From the NCBI RefSeq assembly GCF_009914755.1, contig NC_060925.1: a DNA stretch of 64,000 nt. One strand, 5' to 3'. The position numbers and the translations under genes are program-made. The notes below the pieces were generated by a model that worked only from the letters and a program-made list of their open reading frames with translations, did no database searches and was not told the DNA's origin. Below, in pieces: positions 57,261 through 64,000 of this stretch (position 1 is its first letter; every line of letters begins with the position of its first letter). Source of the stretch: the human T2T-CHM13v2.0 reference genome, Homo sapiens.

Positions 57261-57879
57261 AGATCTCCAGGTCATCCCAACCTCTAGGACACCCCTGGTC
57301 TGAAGGCCGAGCCAGCCATATTAATGTTCTCAGCACACACTTGGCTTACTCACTGGGATTTCTGTTCCAGCAGCCTCTCCGTTCTAGTTGTGTATCCACT
57401 ACACACATTTTTGGTTGGTGTCTACAATGCCTCGGCTCCATGCTGGGCACTGAGGACACTGCAATGCACCAGAAATGATCCCTGCCCTGCAGGAGCTGCA
57501 ATTGCCTCTTGGTGACTGTTTCTGACGCACTTTATGTGGAAGTTGGTTCAATCAGGAAAGAGACACCTCTTTGGACCCCCATCTCTCACCCAGTCCACAC
57601 TTCCTGGTGGTGACTGGTCGGCTCCCTAGTTTCCTGGTCTGGCCTGAGCAGCCGGATCTTCTCCTACGTACCTGCTTCATTTTTCCTGCTGCCTGAAGAG
57701 AGTAAGTCTGCTTCCTTCCACTACGTGGGTAGTAATGTGGGAGTGTTTTGATAGCTAAAGGGCCGCTTGCGTGTTTGTACTGAGTTTCACACACATGCAG
57801 AGGCACCCAGCCCTGCACCAAGACTCCTGGAGATTGTCCATGGACTCACCCTGGGACAACAGTCACCCCATTTAGTGAG

Positions 57880-60110
57880 CCTGTGTTTTATGTGCAATTT
57901 GATGATCATAGTAGCTCTGTGAGATAGAGTTTCATCAGATATTTAATATCAGATTGTATTAACATCATTATTACTTTACAGGTCAGGAAACTTAGGCTCA
58001 GAAAAGTTGCCTAAGATCCCACAGCTTTTAAGCTTTTAAGAGGCAGTTCTGTTTCACCCTAAAACCTGCTGCTCTTAATGACTTGTACATATTGTTCCAA
58101 CCCTAGGGTGAGTTCTCTGCCCTCTTGGGAGCATCCTCATTTTGAGATCAGGGGTTCTTCATCTTTTGACTTTCCAAGACCCCAAACCTCATCGGAGCAC
58201 AGCAGGTACAGGCTGGCAGCAGAAGGAAGGGACAAGATCTAGATAGCAGTGTGTGGGTGCAGATTCAATAAAAGTAGAGAACTCAGTATTGTGGGGGCCG
58301 AGTGACCAGGGCTTGTGATGGACTGAAGGATGGATTGCGGCAAGGCTGTGATATAGATATGATTTCTCATCAGGCTCCAAGCCCTTTAATAATATCTCCT
58401 CATGGTCCTGGTTTAGTGGGCTACTCTTTTAGATGAGCCCCACCTCTGCTGCCTATTCCAAGAATGTGATGAGAGAAGGGTGCTAGAATTATGATCACAT
58501 GCTTTTGAGCTGGAGGGGTCTCAGAGCTCATTTAATCCAATTTCCTCAGGTAATAGGCAAAGAAAATGAGAGATAGAGGAGCTTCTGTGACTTTCCTGAA
58601 ATGGTGGCAAGACCGAGACTGGAACACAGGTCCCTGTTCTACCCAGTGCTCTTTCTCTGACATCACCTCTCAGTACTCTGAACAGGATTACAGGCAGCTT
58701 GAGAGTCTATAAATTTGGGATAAAATACAACAAAGCTTTCATCTTACAAGTCCACACAGATGGGCTACTCCTTCCCCATCCTCTGGCCCTCCTCTCCAAG
58801 TAACCTATCTCATTATTCCATTCTAGGCCCTTGGGACCCATCCTCGCCCGTCCTTTATTTGTGTAGTCTTATGAAGAATCCGCAGCGTAAGAATTACTTT
58901 CTAACAATGGCATCTAAGAGTGGAAAGTTTAACTGTAAGTTTGGCGGGCAGAGCAAGCATTGTATTCATCTGCAGATGGCCTTTCTCTCTCTTTTGGCAT
59001 TGATAACTGTCAGTTAGTTCCCCTCCACCCCACAAGAACCTGTATTTGGCAGAATAGATATGTCAGCATTCTTGTAAAGTACATTTTTTCTTTGTGAGAG
59101 GCCTTGCAAAATGAGTCCTTAGCTTTCTTCCACTGGCTTCGAAGTGTCTCCTCCTGTGAACATGCTTGATTCCCTTTGGACTATGCTGTGATGAGGTGTG
59201 ATGTTACGGAAAGATTTAGTTCCTAAAGTCAGATAGCTCCTAGGTTGAGTCCTGGCTCCACCGCTTTAATAGTAGTGAGACCTTGGAAAAGATACTTAGC
59301 TCCAAATCTTGACTTCCCTGCCTGTAATATGGGAACATTGGGGATCACTCAAGAAAAGGTATATGAAGGGGCCTCCCACGTAAGATGGTCTGGATGCCTC
59401 CTGGAAAAGATAGCTTTATCTTTAGGAAGCTGAGGAGATTTGGCTGCCAGTTGTTGCCCGAGAAGGGTAAAGACTTTAACTTCAGGTAAACCTCACAGTC
59501 ATCGCTTTGGTACACACGTATTTGTGTACCATAAATAATAAATAACAAAAAATAATTGTTTTAAATAAAAATTTTTTAAGATAAAAAATATTTTTAAAAA
59601 TAATATATTTAGATAGATATTTTAAAACAATTATTTAAATATAATGTATTTAAATAATTTAATTTAAATTAAATAATTAAATTATATTTAAATTTATTAT
59701 TTAAATATTTTTTAAAAATAATTATTTAAAAATATATTTAAATAATTATTTTTAAAAATAATTATTAAAAAATATTTTTTAAATAAAAAATTGTTTAATA
59801 AAAAATAATTTTTCTCTTGCTGTTGTCCATGTTATTTTCCTCAGCGGCATCAGGGAGAGTGGTTATCACCTAGGGGAACAGCAGGGCACAGTGTGGGGAA
59901 GTGTGGCTCACAGAGTCCTGGTCCTTCCCCCAGCTGCCATTTACCAACCATCTGAGACATTGGGCATGGTATTTAACTTCAGCTTACTCATCCGGAAAGT
60001 AATGGGAACACTTACGTGTCATGGGGGTGACTAGAGGATTGATGGGATGGTGCTTGTGGAGCACTTACCGTTCAGGGCCTGGCATATGGTAGGTGTTGCT
60101 TACTGAGTTG
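57880..60110. mobile_element. Cluster of separate MIR relics (~57880-58090 minus, ~58500-58660 minus, ~59200-59380 plus, ~59900-60110 plus)
   Basis: MIR core motifs such as tttacaggtcaggaaacttaggctcagaaa and gtgagaccttggaaaagatactta. Confidence 0.65.
59531..59813. repeat. AT-rich low-complexity tract with perfect internal palindromes
   Basis: Nearly pure A/T for ~280 bp; 22-bp stem at 59709-59758. Confidence 0.9.
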
Positions 60111-63100
60111 GCATAATTTCTGAAATCCTTGTTTTGAGGGTATTTCTACATTATTAACGATAAGCAATAGATGCTTACAGGAACCTCCCCTAGGAGGTGA
60201 TAATTTTCCTGGTTCTTCCAAAGTTTTTCCAATTGGCTGGGTTATGTTTCTGGTTTTGGAACGCAGGCCTTCCTTAGCAGGAGGGTCCCTGGTCTATGTA
60301 GCAAGCGTTGCTTATTCTTGGTTCCCTCCACTCTTTTTGGAGGTTGAAGCTTCACAATCTTGAGCCTTGATATGACTTTACAGAGGAGAGTCTGGTAGAG
60401 GGTGTGTTGCTCATCTTGGACCCTACTCGGGATAGGAGAGAGAATAGGGTTAATTTTCAAAGTGCCAAAATACCTTTGCATATATTGTTTCCTCTGCCTG
60501 GAATGGCCTCGCTTCTTCTGGTAAGTCCCTAATCATCCTTTAAGAGGCTTTTATTTTGGTCAAAGCGTTTTCCAGCCACCCTCAGTAAGTTCCATCACTC
60601 CCTCATCTGTGCACCCCTCTATTTAAATTCCTGCCATGTGTGGTCCAGGTGGCTCTGCTGGCTGTCCAGCTTTATCTCTGACCCCCTCAGCTGCCGAATT
60701 CTATGCCCCAGTCTTACTGTGTCCTCTTAGTTTCACAGGTGCACTAGGCCTTCCCTTCCCTCTGAGCTTTCATACCTAGTCCCTCTGTGTGTGACACTGG
60801 CGCCCTCCTCTGACCCCAATTTCCTTGGCCCCGCAGCCCCATGTGGTGAACTGCTGCCCATCCTCAAAAAAACCAGTTAAACATCCTTCTCCTGGTAAGA
60901 AGTCCCTGTGCTCCCAAGCCTGGGGTCTTCTTATGGGCTCCCGTGAAGCCTTCCCACAAACCCCATCACGCTTTGTGTTTTATATCCATCTCCCCAGCTC
61001 GACTGTAAGTATCTTGTGGGGAAGGGGCTGTGTATCTTTCTCCCTATTGTATCCCTGAATCTAGTACAGGCCTGTAGCAGCCATTCATCATATTAAAAAC
61101 CAAAATCGATTTTCATGTTTTCTTCCCCCAAGATTGCAAGGCCCTTATCTGTGTTATCATTAAGTCCAGTGGTTAGCACAGTGCCGGGGGCTTCTTATTA
61201 GGGCCAACTTACAGCATGAACTCCTAGGCCCTGTGACAACCAGCTCCGAAGTTACTTTTTCCCGAGCAATCAAATTTCGCTTTTTAGCATCAGAGGAGCA
61301 AGAAGCTGGAAGGAGTCCCAGAGCCCCGGCTCCTTTGAGAAGGCTTCAGCTAACTTCCCCTCCCTGGCGGGTGCTCCTGCACGCCTTCCCTCCTTCCTCT
61401 CTTCACTTCCACTTATCCCCACTCCCCACCCCCTACCCAGTCAAGCTGTTATTGGCAATGAATGTAATGTTTCTGGGCTTTTCTTCAGGCTGGGACTCAC
61501 TCTCATTGTGCTTAAGATCATGAATCAGTTTTGTCCATGCTTGGTCCTGCCAGTGTCAGTAAATGATCTTCTAAATCTGGTCATTGCAAACACGACTCTA
61601 TCCTTTTCATTTGATCAATATGTTGAGCAACTAGGTCAATGGGAGTCGCCCCGTGGATTCCAGGCCCATTTATTAAAAATGTGGAACAATTTAAGTTCTT
61701 GCTGCTTCGACTGAAAGTTGTAGAGCACATGTTGTTTCCAGCAGGCTTCAGGGCTGGAAGGTCAAGTTTCAGATGCGATTAATTCAGTGTAAAGGTGAGC
61801 CTGCCAGACTTGGAAGAAAGAAAAACTGACAGCTGATTTATGATGTGGCTTTTAAACAAATCACCCCTAAAACCCAGCTCGTTTCATTATGGCAGAGGTT
61901 CAATTTGTATTAAAGTGTCATCCTTGGACACTGAGTGCTGCCCCTATAGTCAGCAGCTGGAAGAGAGAAATGGAATTTCAGCGGTTCCAGAAACCCTCTC
62001 CACAATGCTTGGCAAAAGAAATACTGGTGCCTTCAGTTCCCTCTCATATCTACTTAATGACAAAATGTACCATTGGCTGCTGGGCATGTGTGTGACTGCA
62101 CAAAAATAGCTCTGTGAGTCCCCATTCTTGGGGCCAAAGGAGAAACACCTACTCACAAACTGCCCTTTGCTTTTGTGGCCTGGAGGGGTTTCTGGAGGTG
62201 AATGAGATTAGGAGTAGTGACATGTATGGAGATGAAGCTGCTCTATGCTTTTGGGAAGTGACACCTGCCTGGAAATGTTGACGGGGTCCTTTTTTCTAAT
62301 TAGCATGCTTCAGTTTACTGTGTGCTGTGCAGGAAATAGAAAGCACACGTCAGTGCTGAGGAAAGGAGAGTGTGACTAAAGCCTTCTCTTAGGTTTTGGG
62401 GAGGGCCTGATTTCCAGGTATTTCAGTGCTTAATGACAGACTGCCTTTCTGTTCTAAATATGAAATGGAACATTTCGCCACCATCCAGGCACACTGGAGC
62501 CTGAGGTGGACCTCCCGCCCTGCTTCTCCCAGTATGGCAGTGTAAGGAGTGGCCCTCAGACAGAGACTAGTTTCACTTTCATAGGTTTGGTCTTCCCATC
62601 TCTGTCCCAATAACAATGACTCAGTGGCAGAAAAAGTGGAGTCATTTCTGAATCCCAGACACACTGCCACATGGGCTCCTAGTTAGTGGACAATCCAGGG
62701 AGTAGCTGGCGGACCGTGAGGGAGCCAGCTGTGTGGCTAATGCGGGAGGGCGATGCTGAGAGGCAGGGGCTCTGAAAAGCCATGGTGACAGGGGAAGAGA
62801 ACCTCTCTGTGAGGGGTGTGTGCACATGCCCGTGTAGGTTTTTGGCCAAATAATGCAGGGTAATGAATGCTCTCACATCCTGGGTTTCCAGGCTGTGCTC
62901 TGCTCTCTGCTTGGCTTAAGGTAGACATGTAACCGAAGATTGCTCCTAGGATGGGCAGCGCTTACTCTGGGTGTTTGCAGACAAAATGCCTGTTAGCATT
63001 TTGTCTGGCTCTGGAGCCCTGAGCCAGAGACGCCAACATCTCTTGGCTGGGCAAGTGGCTTCCTGGACTGTGGAACTGAGTCCATAAAAGGAGAATTTAT

Positions 63101-63206
63101 GAACAAACAAGAAAACCTGTCTCTTTTCTGCAATGTTGAAAAAATACATTTTCAACATGATGTCTTCACTGCTGCTGTTTTCTGGTAAACCAGTCAAATT
63201 TAGTAA

Positions 63207-63322
63207 ATATACTATAGTTCCATATACTATATATAGTATATATGCTATATACTATAGTATATAGCTATAGTATACAAATATAGTATATAGTATATAACTA
63301 TAATATACAACTATACTGTAGT
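63207..63322. repeat. (TATAG/TATAC)-type simple repeat
   Basis: Direct reading. Confidence 0.85.
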
Positions 63323-63459
63323 TCCCCACTGAGTCTACAGTGGGGTCACCTCCCACCCCCCTACCCCGACTGCCTCCAGCAAGCTGTTTGTACTTCTCAT
63401 TTTGCACATATCACATAAAATGCAAAGCTTGGGGACATTTACATTTGTCTATGTCCTCA

Positions 63460-63850
63460 GTATGGCTTGATGAAGAGAGTTTGAGCTTTAGAGCCAGACA
63501 GACTCAAATTTGAACCAAAATCCAACTTTTCAGTGGCCGTGTGAGCTTGAGAAGTCTAGTGAAATTTTCCTTGTCTGGCTTTCCTTCTCTGTAAGATAGA
63601 GCCACTCTTATTTCAGGATGATAGTGAAGATTAAGTGGGGCAATGCATAAACTGTAATTCTACTGCAATGAGAGGCCTGGCAGAGTGTAAGCCTCAGACT
63701 TCATATTAGTACCCATCTCTCTCTCCACCTCCAACTAGATGGTCATTCCTTGAAGGCAACATGGTATCATATGCATTTGTATTATCTCTCTTCTTGCCCA
63801 ACACTTAATCCATTGCCTTGTATCTAGTAGGTACTCAAATAATGAAGGAA
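63460..63850 (+). mobile_element. MIR (~63460-63685) followed by an L2 3' end (~63720-63850)
   Basis: gagctttagagccagacagac; ttccttgaaggcaac...tagtaggtactcaaataatgaa. Confidence 0.65.
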
Positions 63851-63924
63851 CACGTTTTATTTTAACTTCAAAGTGGAGTGAGAAGTGGACCAAAGGTCAG
63901 GTGAAAGGAATGTCTAATTGGACT

Positions 63925-64000
63925 AAAGCCTCCCTACTTTAAGTGGGGGTCAATGACCATCAGCATCACCGGATAACTAATTAAAAATGCAAAATATCAG
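63925..64000. mobile_element. MER5A-like hAT-Charlie fragment, cut by the window end
   Basis: gaccatcagcatcaccggataactaattaaaaatgcaaaat resembles MER5A gaccagcagcatcacctgggagcttgttagaaatgcagaat. Confidence 0.55.

Overview
Primate (human-like) genomic DNA, repeat-dense and intergenic or deep-intronic in character. I found no host protein-coding exon and could not identify the locus from sequence alone. The main feature is a near-full-length L1PA2/L1PA3-type LINE-1 (25294-31307, +) with intact ORF1, an ORF2 broken by four lesions, and a frameshift-extended antisense ORF0. It is nested in the same orientation inside an older 5'-truncated L1PB-like element, and both target-site duplications are still readable. 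The rest is four Alus, many MIR/L2/L3 relics, old L1M/L1ME fragments, MaLR/ERVL LTRs, a MADE2 MITE, a MER5-like fragment and simple repeats. Non-repeat signals worth follow-up are a strong CTCF motif with retained CpGs (~16.5 kb), a candidate 148-nt non-coding exon with an inverted copy of its 5' half just downstream (~44.6-45.0 kb), an AP-1x4/GATA/TATA cluster (~57.0-57.3 kb) and an AT-rich palindromic tract (~59.5-59.8 kb). Nearly all short ORFs in the track are spurious. Repeat subfamily names come from my recall of consensus sequences, not from an alignment, and boundaries of ancient repeats are approximate.
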